Source: an uncultured Actinomycetes bacterium
Lineage (GTDB): Bacteria; Actinomycetota; Actinomycetes; S36-B12; CAIYMF01
Direction: 5' to 3'
Assembly (NCBI GenBank): GCA_963738455.1
Contig: CAVTWM010000002.1
Span: 2,815-66,814 of the forward strand
DNA: 64,000 nucleotides
Shown here: one piece after another, positions 1-11,153 of the stretch
How positions within the stretch are numbered: the stretch's first letter is position 1
Layout of the letters: the number at the start of each line of letters is the position of its first letter
The notes under the pieces: generated by a model
The model's input: the letters and a program-made list of their open reading frames with translations, nothing else
Told to the model about the DNA's origin: nothing
The model's database searches: none
Position numbers and translations under genes: made by a program

Positions 1-1
1 G

Positions 2-109
2 CTCTACACCATCCTCGCGGCCGCCTTCGGCGCACTCGTGTGGTTCGGACTGGGCGTCATGCGCCGCCACCGGCGTAGAAGCGCACGGCGCGACGACCGC
101 CGCACGTAG
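2..109 (+). CDS. 3' end of a membrane protein, truncated by the window edge
   Basis: Frame from base 2 reads LYTILAAAFGALVWFGLGVMRRHRRRSARRDDRRT* (hydrophobic helix, then basic tail); TAG at 107-109. Confidence 0.5.
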   Translation, partial: LYTILAAAFGALVWFGLGVMRRHRRRSARRDDRRT

Positions 110-307
110 CCAGCGGGCGATCGCCCGGCGGTTGGCGGTCGGTCTCGGAGATTGGACCGCCGGTCCTACGGGGGCAGACGCCGCTGAGGTAGGACGTAGC
201 GACTCGTCACGGACCGCGGCATGCTAGGTGAGCAAGGACCGCCATACCCGTCATCCTGCCCAGATCGGGCTCGCCGCCTTGCCGATTCGGCTTTGGCTTC
301 GAGTGCT

Positions 308-610
308 TCAGGCCGGGGTTCCCGGTTGGAACAGGATGAGGGTCACGGCGCCGATGAGCGGCAGACAGCCGACGCCGAGAAGCGCGTAGCGCACACCCGC
401 CATGCTGAAAGTGCTGCCGATCCCGATCAGGAAAAGCACGCCGGCGAGGACGACCGTGATCCGCACGCAATCCGAGTGCTGCGCCCGTCCGGTTGTGGCT
501 CGCGGCTGACCAGCGATCCGCCTGGCACCGCTGCCGTGCGGCGCCAACGCCGGGCCACGGCATTCCCACGGCGATGTCGTCGGGTAGGAGTCGGAGCCTG
601 AGTCCGCCAA
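308..610 (-). CDS. Possible small two-helix membrane protein; start uncertain
   Basis: C-terminal half has two hydrophobic segments (ITVVLAGVLFLIGIG; ALLGVGCLPLIGAVTLILF). Confidence 0.35.
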   Translation of the reverse strand: MADSGSDSYPTTSPWECRGPALAPHGSGARRIAGQPRATTGRAQHSDCVRITVVLAGVLFLIGIGSTFSMAGVRYALLGVGCLPLIGAVTLILFQPGTPA

Positions 611-692
611 CCCCTCACTCGCCCCCTCAGGCTAGCCTGATACCTGAGGTCCGGGACACGGTCTGCCAGGTACGAGGTCGGGAGGATCCTTC

Positions 693-3110
693 ATGGCCTC
701 CCGACGGAACGCAGCTGGAACACGGTCCGATCTGATTGCTGCGCCACGGTCTCCCGCACACGACGCCGATCCTCGCCTCGTGCCGTCCAGAGCGACCCGC
801 GCCCCACGGCCCGACAGCCGAACCGCACGTCCTGATGGAAACCAAGCTGACCGCACCCCGAGTCCGCGACGAGACGGTGCGCCGGGACCGGCTGCTGCGG
901 CGGCTGGACGCAACCTCGGCCCGACCACTGACGCTCGTCGCCTGCCCGGCGGGCTTCGGGAAGTCGAGCCTGCTCGCGTCGTGGTACGAAGACGAGGCCG
1001 CGCGACGTCCGGTGGCGTGGCTGACGCTGGACAAGGCGGACAATGACCCGGTCGTGCTCTGGTCCTACGTGCTGGAGGCCCTGCGCCGGGTCTGCCCGAC
1101 CATGGATGAGTCGATCTTCCGTGCCGCCGTCGTCGCGCCGATGATCGTGGACGTGTTGCTGCCACGGCTGGTGAACGCACTCGCCGAGCAGCCCTCGATG
1201 ACGCTGATCCTCGACGACTTCCACGAGCTGACCGACGGCCCGGCGCGCGACAGCGTCACCCGGCTCATCGGCCACGCTCCCCGAAACGTTCGCATCGTGT
1301 TGTCGACCAGGAAGGAACCGGACCTGCCTCTGGCGACGATGCGGGCACGGGGTGAGCTGAACGAGCTGAGGGCAGATGACCTCCGGTTCACTCTCGACGA
1401 GGCGGACGAGTTCCTCAACCGGCACGAGGAGCTCGGGCTGACGGCTCAGGACGTTGCCCTGCTCGTCGAGCGCACAGCGGGCTGGCCGGCCGGCCTGTAC
1501 CTCGCTGCGCTGAGCCTTCGCCCCGTACAGGACCGCCACCGCCAGGTGGCCAGGTTCACGGCGTCCAACCGGCACGTGATCGACTACCTCGAGGCCGAGG
1601 TCCTCGCCGCTCACGACCCGGCCGACCTCGAGCTGCTGATTCGATCCTCCGTCCTCGACCGGATCACCGGACCGGTGTGCGACGCACTTCTCGATCGACA
1701 GAACTCCGACGAAGCGCTGAGACGGCTGGCGCGCACCAACCTGTTCGTCGTCCCGTTGGACGACGACAGCGATGCGTACCGCCTGCACCCGGTGTTCGCC
1801 CAGCTCATGCGAGTGGAGCTGGGCCGCCTTGACCCCGACCTGGCGATCGAGCTGCGGCGCCGCGCCTACACCTGGCACCGGGATCATGGGAACACCGCGG
1901 ACGCAATCAGGTACGCGATCGACGCCCGCATGTTCGCCGAGGCGAGCGACATCATCGCCACGTCCTGGTTCCACTGGACCAACGTCGGGATGTACGAGCA
2001 CGGTCCTGACCTGGGTTCATCGACTCCCCCACGCGATGGCACGAGGGGACGTGCGACTTCAGCTGGTTCAGGGCTGGACCGAGTGCCTGTCGCGGCGCAA
2101 GCCAGAGGCGACCGTCACGATCGGGCTACTCGAAGAACGCCTGAGCGGAGCCGACACTGTGCCGATGCCGGACGGCTTCAGCTGCGGCAGGGCGAGTCTT
2201 GCCACCATGCAGGCGATCTTCTCGTGGGGGGAACAAGAACTGGGCTACTCCCAGGCGCGACGCGCAGTCGAGCTCGAGGGGCCGGCCTCTCCCTGGCGTC
2301 CCGTCGTCTGCTGGGCGATGGGCCTCAACCTCCTGTTCCGCGGCGAGCTCGCGGAAGCCGACACCTGGTTGGTCGAAGCCACGAGCCTCGCTGAAGCCGG
2401 CGAACAGTGGCTGGTGGCGTCAACCGGTTACGCCTACCGCTCCCTCATCGCCGGCCAGCTCACGGACTCCACGACGCAAGCCCGACTTGCCCGGCAAGCG
2501 ACCGACGATGGCACGCGAGCACGGTCTCGAGGATGCCGCCGCGGGTCCAGCCATCGCCGCCGGTGCCTCCCTGCAGACCCAGGGGGTCTACGGGCGAGGC
2601 ATTGCCCATGCTCGAACACGCCGTCGAGCTCGCCCGCTTCGGCGGTCAGCTTGGCGTGCTCGCCGTCGCGCTGGACATCTACGCGTCCCTGCTCTGCGAA
2701 CACGGAGAGCACGACCAAGCGAAGGCCACCCTCCGTGAGGCGCGCTCCTATCCGGCTGCGGCTGGCCGAGCGCCCGGGATCAGCTGTGCCTCGAGTGCCG
2801 AGGGGCGGTTGGTATGGCTCTCACCGAACGGGAACACACAGTTCTGTCGCTGCTGGACAGCGACCTGAGCGAATCCGACATTGCCCGCCAGCTCTTCGTA
2901 TCCCGCGACACCGTGCACAGCCACACCAAGTCCATCTACCGCAAGCTGGGAGCATCCACCCGAGCGGAAGCGGTCGCACTGGCCCGCGCCATCGATGTGC
3001 AGCACCCTGACCAGGTTCGCGACAGGGACCGTCTGACGCACGTCGGGACAGGCCGCGGGTGCGAGGTGACTCTCAGCCAGTGGCAGCGGCCGGTTCGTCA
3101 CCGGCCTTGA
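693..3110 (+). CDS. MalT-like (LAL) ATP-dependent LuxR-family transcriptional regulator, frameshifted
   Basis: LMETKL, Walker A ACPAGFGKS, VAWLTLD, Walker B LILDDFHEL and ERTAGWPAGL in ORF 736-2394; middle part in 1772-3010; LuxR HTH (LTERE...IARQLFVSRDTVHSHTKSIYRKLG) in 2814-3110. GGAGG precedes ATG 693. Confidence 0.9.
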
Positions 3111-4245
3111 GTGCGCTCGGACCACGGGAATTGGGCGGTCGACGCCACGCCGTCGAGCGACGCCAGTAGAGGTAGGTCACCAGACCGATCGGGATCGGGA
3201 CCAAGAAGGTGGCGATCCGGTAGAGCAGGACGGCGCCGAGAACGGCTGCCTGATCGCTGTCCGGCAGACCGTATCCGAGGACGGTGACGAGAACGATCTC
3301 CGCGACACCGATGCCGCCCGGCGTCGGGATGATGAGTGACGCCAGGGTCACCACGCCCCAGGCCACCAGGATGACGGCCCAGCTGATCGTGGCTTGGTCG
3401 AGGCCCTGCATCCGGCACGCCACACCCAGGACGACTACCGTGGTGAGCTGCGAGACCACCTCGGCGGCGGTGAGCTTGTGCCAGCAGACGCGGAGCAGAT
3501 CCACCATCGAGGTGCGGAAGTCGGGCAGCGTCGTTCCCATGTGTGAAGGGTTGTCGCGGCGGAACCACCCCGCCAAGTGCCCCACGAGCCGGTCGACCCA
3601 CAGTCCTAGGGTCCTGGCGAAGGCCTCGCTCCGCAGGATCATCCCGAGCACGACGACCGCCACGATCACGACGCCGACCACGGCGAAGGCGACCCACGTG
3701 GTGCCCGGAGGTGCCCACCCCTGGAGCTCGACCAGGACGAGACCGATGGCCAACAGGATGTACTTGGTGAACTGCGACCACGTGCCGGTGACGATCACCT
3801 CGGAGGTGATGTCGGACAGGCTGAACCCCCACGATCGCAGCATCGCGTAGTTCAGTCCGGTCGCCACCGCCCCACCTTCGGGGAGGGTGTTGGACAGTGC
3901 AGCCGACGCGGTGTTCGTCACCGCCGCTTCCCGCACCCGGAGTCCCGGAAGGCCTACGACGAGCGGTGGCCAGTTCGTGGCGAGGTTGACCACCCCGAGG
4001 ACACAGATCACCACGACCTGGGCCCAGGTGATCAGGTTGACCGCGGAGCTGAGACCGTCGGTGCTCTGCAGGTTGTTGAGCAGGAACCACAGGGCCAGGA
4101 AGATGACGCCGTAGGACAGGAAACCGCGGAGGATCCGTCGACCAACGCCGTGCGGCCTGTCCGCGGGCAGCCCTTCTGAGTCGACTGCCAGGTCAGGGGG
4201 AGGCGATGTCGGCTGGGAGGTTGTCGAATCCTGTGCGTCACTCAC
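3073..4245 (-). CDS. Lysylphosphatidylglycerol synthase TM-domain (YbhN/UPF0104, flippase-like) membrane protein
   Basis: Multi-pass protein with NTLPEGG, IPTPGGIGVAE and AVLLYRIATFLVPIPIG motifs. Confidence 0.85.
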   Translation of the reverse strand: MSDAQDSTTSQPTSPPPDLAVDSEGLPADRPHGVGRRILRGFLSYGVIFLALWFLLNNLQSTDGLSSAVNLITWAQVVVICVLGVVNLATNWPPLVVGLPGLRVREAAVTNTASAALSNTLPEGGAVATGLNYAMLRSWGFSLSDITSEVIVTGTWSQFTKYILLAIGLVLVELQGWAPPGTTWVAFAVVGVVIVAVVVLGMILRSEAFARTLGLWVDRLVGHLAGWFRRDNPSHMGTTLPDFRTSMVDLLRVCWHKLTAAEVVSQLTTVVVLGVACRMQGLDQATISWAVILVAWGVVTLASLIIPTPGGIGVAEIVLVTVLGYGLPDSDQAAVLGAVLLYRIATFLVPIPIGLVTYLYWRRSTAWRRPPNSRGPSALKAGDEPAAATG

Positions 4246-4850
4246 CGGCCCATTGGACCAGACCCAGCCGCTCGGGTCTCGTCGATCAGAGCAGGCGGAT
4301 CACGAGTCGTCGTCCCGGGTCGCGACTCCGGTGACTTTCTGGCCGCGCCGAGGAAGACGCGTACTACGACGGCCAGGAAGCCGAGATCGACCAGAACCTG
4401 GACACTCACCAGGAGTCGAGCCAGGTCCGTCCTCGGGGAGATGTCACCGAAGCCCACCGTGCCAAACGTGATGATCGTGAAGTAGAGCCCGCTCGATCGG
4501 TTCAACACCTCGCTGAAACTCGCCGCATCGAGATGAGACAACGTGACGTAGGTCCAAGCGCACACAACCAGGAAGAGCGGCAGCACGACAGCCAATGACT
4601 CGATCGCCCTCAGCTCCGGAAGGTCTGCGCTGAGGATGCGCCTGACCTGCCAGGTCATCACCGCGACGAAGATCGCAGCGCCGATCGCAGCCCCTGTGAG
4701 AGACAGCGCATCGGCCGCGCCGCCGCCCAGCGGCACCACGTAGTACAGGCCGACGATCACCGCCACACTGAGGGTGGAACGCAGAGCCGTGTCCAGCATC
4801 GCGCGGCGCCGCTCACGGCGACCAAGTTCGGTGAGGCGGCTGGTTGTCAT
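4242..4850 (-). CDS. Potassium channel family protein (Ion_trans_2)
   Basis: Pore and filter YFTIITFGTVGFGDI between TM helices; 4-bp overlap with the downstream gene. Confidence 0.88.
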   Translation of the reverse strand: MTTSRLTELGRRERRRAMLDTALRSTLSVAVIVGLYYVVPLGGGAADALSLTGAAIGAAIFVAVMTWQVRRILSADLPELRAIESLAVVLPLFLVVCAWTYVTLSHLDAASFSEVLNRSSGLYFTIITFGTVGFGDISPRTDLARLLVSVQVLVDLGFLAVVVRVFLGAARKSPESRPGTTTRDPPALIDETRAAGSGPMGR

Positions 4851-5022
4851 CGGAACCACAGCCTAGATCGAGCACCTGGACCGATGCAGCCTCGTGCTAG
4901 CGGAACGCGTGACTCCATCGACGCCTTCACGAGCCCGGAGCACCGATGAGTCAGCCACGGGACCGGGCACGTCTCGGGCGAGACGAAGCGGAGGCCACCT
5001 TGCTGTCTCCCCGTGGTGCTGG

Positions 5023-5346
5023 TCAACGACGCAGCACCAGACGGTCCACCGCGACGTTCGATGCCGCCACCGCAGCAGCGGACGCGGCGGCCCAGGCGAC
5101 GATGCGACGAAGAGGAACGGCAGCGTCGCGCGCCGTCGGCTCCTCGCGGCCGGTGAGCGTGCGGTAGCCGGATGACATCGCTCGCTGGACGCCCCACGTG
5201 ACGACCATCTGCAGGACCGCGATCTCGATCAACTGCACTGGCGTCTCGCGTTCTGGCTGCTCGACCACTGCCACCTCCGCAGCTTGACCCTCGTGCGCGA
5301 CCGTGTCGCCAGAGTAGGTCGCACGAGTGCGGCAGGTGGTTGCCAA
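5023..5346 (-). CDS. DUF4235-like small membrane protein; true start probably near 5274
   Basis: YRTLTGREEP followed by IVAWAAASAAAVA resembles DUF4235. Confidence 0.55.
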   Translation of the reverse strand: MATTCRTRATYSGDTVAHEGQAAEVAVVEQPERETPVQLIEIAVLQMVVTWGVQRAMSSGYRTLTGREEPTARDAAVPLRRIVAWAAASAAAVAASNVAVDRLVLRR

Positions 5347-5353
5347 GCGTCAT

Positions 5354-5369
5354 TTCACCTAGGGGAGAT
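5354..5369. promoter_or_regulatory. Candidate operator, CTAG-centred near-palindrome TTCACCTAGGGGAGAT
   Basis: Lies between divergent genes; near-identical site at 7608-7623. Confidence 0.35.
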
Positions 5370-5479
5370 GCCGTCCCGACGTCGTGACGCGATCGCCAAG
5401 GGTGCGACGATCCGAGCAGGCGACGCCGGAGACGAACTGACCCGAGAGAGCGCGCGCCGTGCCAGGAAAGGGTGTTCCC

Positions 5480-7576
5480 ATGCGCCAGGCAACCGTAAGA
5501 CAGCGACGGGACTTCTGTCGCCGGTTTCACGAAGGACGACTGGAGCCAGCGCTTCTACGCCACCGGGCTGGACGTGTCATCCCGCGCCGGGTTCCTCCTC
5601 GGGGCGTACTACACAGGTTCGTCACTGCAGCCCAATCTGCTCTCGCGGGGCACCCGCGACCAGGCCGTCATCAGCGGTGTCGCCGCCACGGTGGGCTACG
5701 CCTGGGGAACGGCTGTGCACTCTGCCCTGCGCTCCACCGCCGATCGCCTACCGATAGCCCAGCGCTCTGCGGGTGGACGCCTTGCGGCCGGCATCGTCGT
5801 CGATGTAGCCGCGGCCCTGCTCGGAACGGCCACGATGCGACTCGTCCCACCTCGCGAGCACGAGCACTCCAGTCGTTCCCTGATCCGCCTTGGTGGCGTC
5901 GGACTGACGTCCGCCGGTCTGGCCGGGCTCGGGGCCGACACCCTTGAGCCGCTGCGCGGGAAGCCGGGATTCCACGCGACCGGGGTCGGAGCAGCGCTCG
6001 GGGCCTTGCTCGGCGCGTATGCCCTCAGCCGTCCGGGCGCGGCCAGCCGCGGGGTCGCTCGGCCCCGACGACACGGTCGCGAGCGAGGACGTCGTACGTG
6101 AGATGTCAGCCGCCAAGGGAGTGGCTGCCGGCCTGGCAGTCACCGGCGTGCTGCTCGCCGTGTCGCGAGGAGAGTCGGCGGTGTCCACCGCTGCCGCGCG
6201 TGCCGCAGCCAAGGCGCTCGGAGGCCGCCCCGATGATCATCGAGCTCTCGGTCGCCTGGCCGCCGCAGCAACGCTGGCCGGGCTCGGGTGGGGCGCGGTG
6301 ACGGCCGCATCGACACGCACTGAGCAAGCAGGGCTTCAGTCCCGAGGCCGGGCACATGGACCCACCGGCAGTGCCGGAGGTGTCCGGGGGTCCCGGGTCA
6401 CTGGTCTCGTGGACCGATCAGACGCGTGAGTCGCGGCGATGGCTCACCATGACCTGGACCCAGAGCAGATCGAATCGGTGATGGGCGAATCGGCGAGGCA
6501 GCCGATCCGGGTCTACGCCCCGCTGGACGCAGCGAGTTCACCGCAGGAGCGGGCGGAGCTGTTGCTCGCCGAGATCGACCGGACGCGCGCGCTCGAACGG
6601 CCGTGGTTCGCCCTGTTCTCCCCCACCGGGTCCGGCTACGTGAACTATGTGGCGACAGAGACCTTCGAGTACCTCACCCGCGGCAACTGCGCCTCGGCAG
6701 CGATCCAGTACTCCGTCCTGCCCTCCGCTCTCTCGCTCACCAAGGTGGAGTATGCGACCCACCAGACCCGGATGGTCGTCGATGGGATCGTCGCCCGGCT
6801 GATGGCCATGCCGGTCGACAGGCGCCCGAAGTTCTACCTCTTCGGGGAGAGCCTGGGCTCCCAGGTCTCCGAGGAGATGTTCCGCGGCACGGGGACCACC
6901 GGGCCAGCCGGTATCGGTCTGGACGCCGCCTTCTGGATCGGCACACCCGCCTCGACCGTGTGGCGAGACGAGCTCTGGGGGACGCGGACGGTCGCCGATG
7001 CCCCACAGGTCGGGCCCGACGCGGTCTACCTCCCCCGCGCGATCCGGGACTGGTCCACGCTCGCCGACGCGGACAAGGCGCGCGTTCGCTACCTGTTGCT
7101 GCAGAACGGCGACGACCCGATCCCGAAGTTCGGTGCGCCCCTGGTGTGGCGGCGACCCGACTGGCTCGGCGCCGACCACACCCGTCCGCCGGGCTCGCCG
7201 CGGGGCACTCGCTGGCTGCCGATCGTCACCTTCATCACGACATTCATCGACATGGGCAACGCCCTGGCGCCGACCCCCGGCGTCTTCCAGGAAGGCGGCC
7301 ACGACTACCGCGTCGTGATCCCCGAGACCATGCGGACCGTCTTCGGTCTCGACGCGAGCCGAGGCGCAGATGGACCGTGTCGAGCAGGCGCTGCGCTCGC
7401 GAGAACTCTCCTATGAGGCGCGGCGGCGCTGGGCCGCAGCACAAGCCACCGCTACCCCCTCCGCACGGACCACCGCGGAGGCCACGGTCCTGGGGCAGGT
7501 CTCACTGTGGGTCGGGCACGACGTCGACCGAGACGAGCTCGCGCGAATCGTCGGCGTCGGGGCAGGAAGCGGCTGA
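5480..7576 (+). CDS. Membrane alpha/beta-hydrolase family protein (Abhydrolase_9-like), frameshifted
   Basis: N-terminal TM part (SLQPNLLSR), then PIRVYA, SPTGSGYVN, QYSVLPS, nucleophile GESLG and GHDYR, spread over ORFs 5574-6101, 5944-6429, 6439-7416 and 7370-7576. Confidence 0.85.
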
Positions 7577-7607
7577 GCGCCACGGTTCTCTGTCGCGGAC
7601 GTACAAC

Positions 7608-7623
7608 TTCCCCTAGGTGAGAT
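7608..7623. promoter_or_regulatory. Candidate operator TTCCCCTAGGTGAGAT
   Basis: Upstream of the SHOCT gene; matches 5354-5369 at 14 of 16 positions. Confidence 0.35.
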
Positions 7624-7766
7624 CGCAACGTTGAAGGCTAAGAATGCCGCCGGCGTGTGACCCTGGATGTGTCAGATTCAACGCTAGGACGTTTCGGGAA
7701 GAACGCCGCCGTATCACCGCGCGGCGGGTCGATCGATTCCCCAACGACGAGATCGAGGAGTGCCAC

Positions 7767-8168
7767 GTGAACACGATCGCCGAGTTCGGTACCGGACAGC
7801 TCTTGTGGAGCATGCTCTGGTTCTTCATGTTCGTGATCTGGTTCTGGCTGCTGATCACCGTCTTCGGGGACATCTTCCGCAGCGACGACCTCGGCGGCTG
7901 GGGCAAGGCACTCTGGATCATCTTCATCGTCCTGTTCGTCTGGCTCGGCGTGCTGGTGTATTTCATCGCCCGCGGCAAGGGGATGCAGGAGCGCAGCATG
8001 AAGGCGATGGCTGCTCAGCAAGCAGCGCAGCAGGACTACATCCGTAGCGTCGCAAGTCCGGCCACGTCCAGTTCGGCCGAGGAGATCGCCAGGCTCGCTG
8101 ACCTGCGCGACAAGGGCGTCCTGTCGGAGGAGGAGTTCCAGGCCGCCAAGGCCAAGGCGCTCGCCTGA
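7767..8168 (+). CDS. SHOCT domain-containing protein with PLDc_N-like membrane hairpin
   Basis: DIFRSDDLGGWGKALW...LGVLVYFIAR and C-terminal EEIARLADLRDKGVLSEEEFQAAKAKAL; GAGGAG before GTG 7767. Confidence 0.9.
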   Translation: MNTIAEFGTGQLLWSMLWFFMFVIWFWLLITVFGDIFRSDDLGGWGKALWIIFIVLFVWLGVLVYFIARGKGMQERSMKAMAAQQAAQQDYIRSVASPATSSSAEEIARLADLRDKGVLSEEEFQAAKAKALA

Positions 8169-8436
8169 CGCCGTCACCCCTGACGGGATGGGCCGGCCAG
8201 GCGGGCGATCTGGTCGGCCCCCCGCCCCGATCCTCCGCGTTCACCCGCGAGGTCCTCGACTTCACCGCCACCGACGAGCCGGGCTCAGCCGCACGAAGAT
8301 CGGTCGAGGAACGCGAGCAGATCCGCGTAACCATCTTCAGCTAACCGACACGGCACGTCCCGCAGCAAGCCATGCTGGCCGTGGGTGCGGCGGTCGTGCC
8401 GATGTGAATCCAGCTTCATCGAGAGAGGCGCGCGTC

Positions 8437-9905
8437 ATGACCGAAGATGCCAACCAAGCAGTCCAGCCGAACAGGACCGGTGACGCACGCCCCCCACGCT
8501 CCACCGCGCCGACGGTGACGCACCTCAGCGAGACCGAGAGGGCTGCCCTGGGCAAGGCTGCCCGCGAACGCGCACCATTGGGGTCTCAAGGGGATCTCGA
8601 GACGGGTGATCGGGGCGACCCGCTCTCCCTGCTGGAGGGGCAGGCGACCTCCCGCGTGCCGGAGCTGGTGCCGATTCGCTACGGGCGGATGTCGAGTTCG
8701 CCGTTCGCGTTCTACCGCGGCGCCGCACTCATCATGGCCACCGACCTGGCAAGGACGACGAGCTCAGGTCTCCAGGTGCAGCTGTGCGGGGACGCCCACA
8801 TCAGCAACTTCGGCGTGTTCTCCTCCCCCGAACGTCGCCTCGTGTTCGACATCAACGACTTCGACGAGACGCACCCCGGCCCCTTCGAGTGGGACGTCAA
8901 GCGCCTCGCGGCCAGCCTCGCCGTCGCCGCGCGCGGCAACGGGTTCTCCGACGAAGAAGAGCCGCAGCATCGTGATCGGCGCGGTGGCCGGGTACCGGGA
9001 GGCCATGCGGTCCTTCGCGACCCAGGGCAACCTCGCGGTGTGGTACTCCCACCTCGACATGGACGAGCTGATGACGCAGATCGGCGACCAGCTCGACGCC
9101 GCTCGCAAGGCGAAGACCCAGGCGGTGCTCGACAAGGCACGCAGCCGCGACAGCGTCCAGGCGCTGGCGAAGCTCACGACCATGGTGGACGGCAGCGCCC
9201 GCATCGTCGAGCCAGCCCCCGCTGATCGTGCCCATCGAGGAGCTCACCGGCGCAGACGAGGCCGCTCCGACCTACGACGCGCTGCGGGAACTGGTCCGCT
9301 CCTATCGCCGCACCCTGCAGTGGGACCGCCGGCACCTGCTCGAGCAGTTCAAGCTCACCCAGGTGGCACGCAAGGTCGTCGGCGTCGGCAGCGTCGGAAC
9401 CCGCGCCTGGATCCTGCTCTTCGAAGGCCTCAACGGCGGCGACCCGCTGTTCCTGCAGGCGAAGGAGGCGCAGGCCTCGGTCCTGTCGGGATTCACCAGA
9501 GCGAGCGGGTTCAAGAATCAGGGTCAGCGGGTCGTCACCGGACAACAGCTGATGCAAGCCTCCAGCGACATCTTCCTCGGCTGGCAGCACGTGACCGGAT
9601 TCGACGGCCTCCCCCGCGACTTCTACCTCCGCCAACTGCGCGACGGGAAGGGCTCCGCCGTCATCGAGGACATGGCACCCGACACGATGGCGCTCTACGG
9701 CCGGATCTGCGGCCAGACCCTGGCACGTGCCCACGCCCGCTCCGGTGACCGAGTCGCCATCGCCGCCTACCTCGGCGCGAAGGACCGCTTCGACCAGGCC
9801 ATCGCCGACTTCGCCGAGACCTACGCGGACCAGAACGACCGCGACCACGCCGCGCTCGCCGACGCCATCGATACCGGCCGTGTCACCGCGCAGACGGGCA
9901 TCTAG
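8437..9905 (+). CDS. DUF2252 family protein (kinase-like fold), frameshifted
   Basis: RVPELVPIRYGRM, FYRGAA, CGDAHISNFG, FDINDFDE, KVVGVGSVGTR and LARAHARSGD. Confidence 0.92.
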
Positions 9906-9948
9906 CCGGCGGACGCGTGCGAGGGCTACCCATGGACACGCTGCGCGT

Positions 9949-9971
9949 TGGGCCGCCCGCAAGGGCGGTCC
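9949..9971. terminator. GC-rich hairpin with GCAA loop between convergent genes
   Basis: GGGCCGCCC-GCAA-GGGCGGTCC downstream of the DUF2252 gene; no clear U-tract. Confidence 0.35.
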
Positions 9972-10100
9972 CTCGTCGCTCATGTGTGAGCGGGATCGGG
10001 AGGAGCGAGCACGGCGGACTCCCCGACCGGCGAGAAGCAGCGCACCCGGCGACCGACGTCGCACTGCGACAGACCCGGTCACCCGGATCGGGTCAATGAA

Positions 10101-10742
10101 CTACGGCGAAGGCCTACCGCGGGAAGAAATGAGCGCTGCGACATGACGCCAGGGGATCGCCAGATACAACGCGATGCCGAAGTAGAGCGCGACCGCGATT
10201 CGCGGGAGCAGCAGGCCGATCACGATCGCGACCGCGTAGAGGACGAGGCCACTGAGAGACTTGCTTCGCGCCTGTGCTAGCTCTTCGTCCGTGCCATCCC
10301 TGGGATAGAGACCCTCGGCCCGGGCGTACCGGTCCAGAGCGACGCTCAGTAGCCGAATGAGAAGGAGTGTGAACCCGAAGACGGTCACCGCGACTCGCTC
10401 AGCGTCGCTTTCCCCGAAGGCGTCCGTGACCAGCTTGGTGGGAAACGGGAGGAACACGACGAAGAGCAGGAGCAACAGGTTCAAGCGGAGGAACACCGCG
10501 TCGACCTTGGTCAGCTCTTGGGTGATGGCGGAGTGTCCGATCCACGCGACGCCGATGGTGATGAAGCTGATGACGTACCCGACATAGGTGGGCCACGCAG
10601 AGAGGAACTCGTCGAGTGGCGACCCGCCCGGCTTGACGGCGATATCGAGAACCAGCAGCGTGATGGCGATCGCGAACACGCCGTCGCTGAACGCCTCGAG
10701 CCGGGACTTGCTGAAGGAACTGCCTTTGGGTGTAGGAGTCAC
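10101..10742 (-). CDS. TMEM175 family (DUF1211) potassium channel
   Basis: SRLEAFSDGVFAIAITLLVLDI (FSD motif), SF...W..H and NLLLLLFVVFLPFPT; AAGGAG before GTG 10742. Confidence 0.92.
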   Translation of the reverse strand: MTPTPKGSSFSKSRLEAFSDGVFAIAITLLVLDIAVKPGGSPLDEFLSAWPTYVGYVISFITIGVAWIGHSAITQELTKVDAVFLRLNLLLLLFVVFLPFPTKLVTDAFGESDAERVAVTVFGFTLLLIRLLSVALDRYARAEGLYPRDGTDEELAQARSKSLSGLVLYAVAIVIGLLLPRIAVALYFGIALYLAIPWRHVAALISSRGRPSP

Positions 10743-11153
10743 CGCGAACAGTCTCCTTCTCACGACAATGGATCGGGATCGACGGCTATTGGCGACCCAC
10801 CCTGAGATCAGTCTGTCCCAAGCAACCGGCGAGGACGAGCCCGGGCTCCACGTGTTCGCGGCCGACGGCACGGCGGGACGAGATGGCGACGTCCGCCCGA
10901 CGCAACGCGGCGGACGACTCGCCGCCAGGACGAAGAGCGGACTCAGTGCGTTGCAGCGGGACGGGATCGCAACGGCATGTCAGTCGGCGAACCTGACGCT
11001 CTCCGACTACTGCACGTTGGCTTGGCGGCTGCCATACCTCGCCCCCCAGACGCCTCGAGGTCACGAGAGCGCGACTGGTACGGACCCGTCGCTTGGCTCG
11101 AATGTCGGCGTGGCGGCGGCGGAGCGGCCGCACTCGGTTGGAGACTGCTGCCT

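Noticed and set aside
8169-8436. Possible gene remnant (FTREVLDFTATDEPG) between the SHOCT and DUF2252 genes
   Set aside because: Too short, with no start, RBS or recognisable family.
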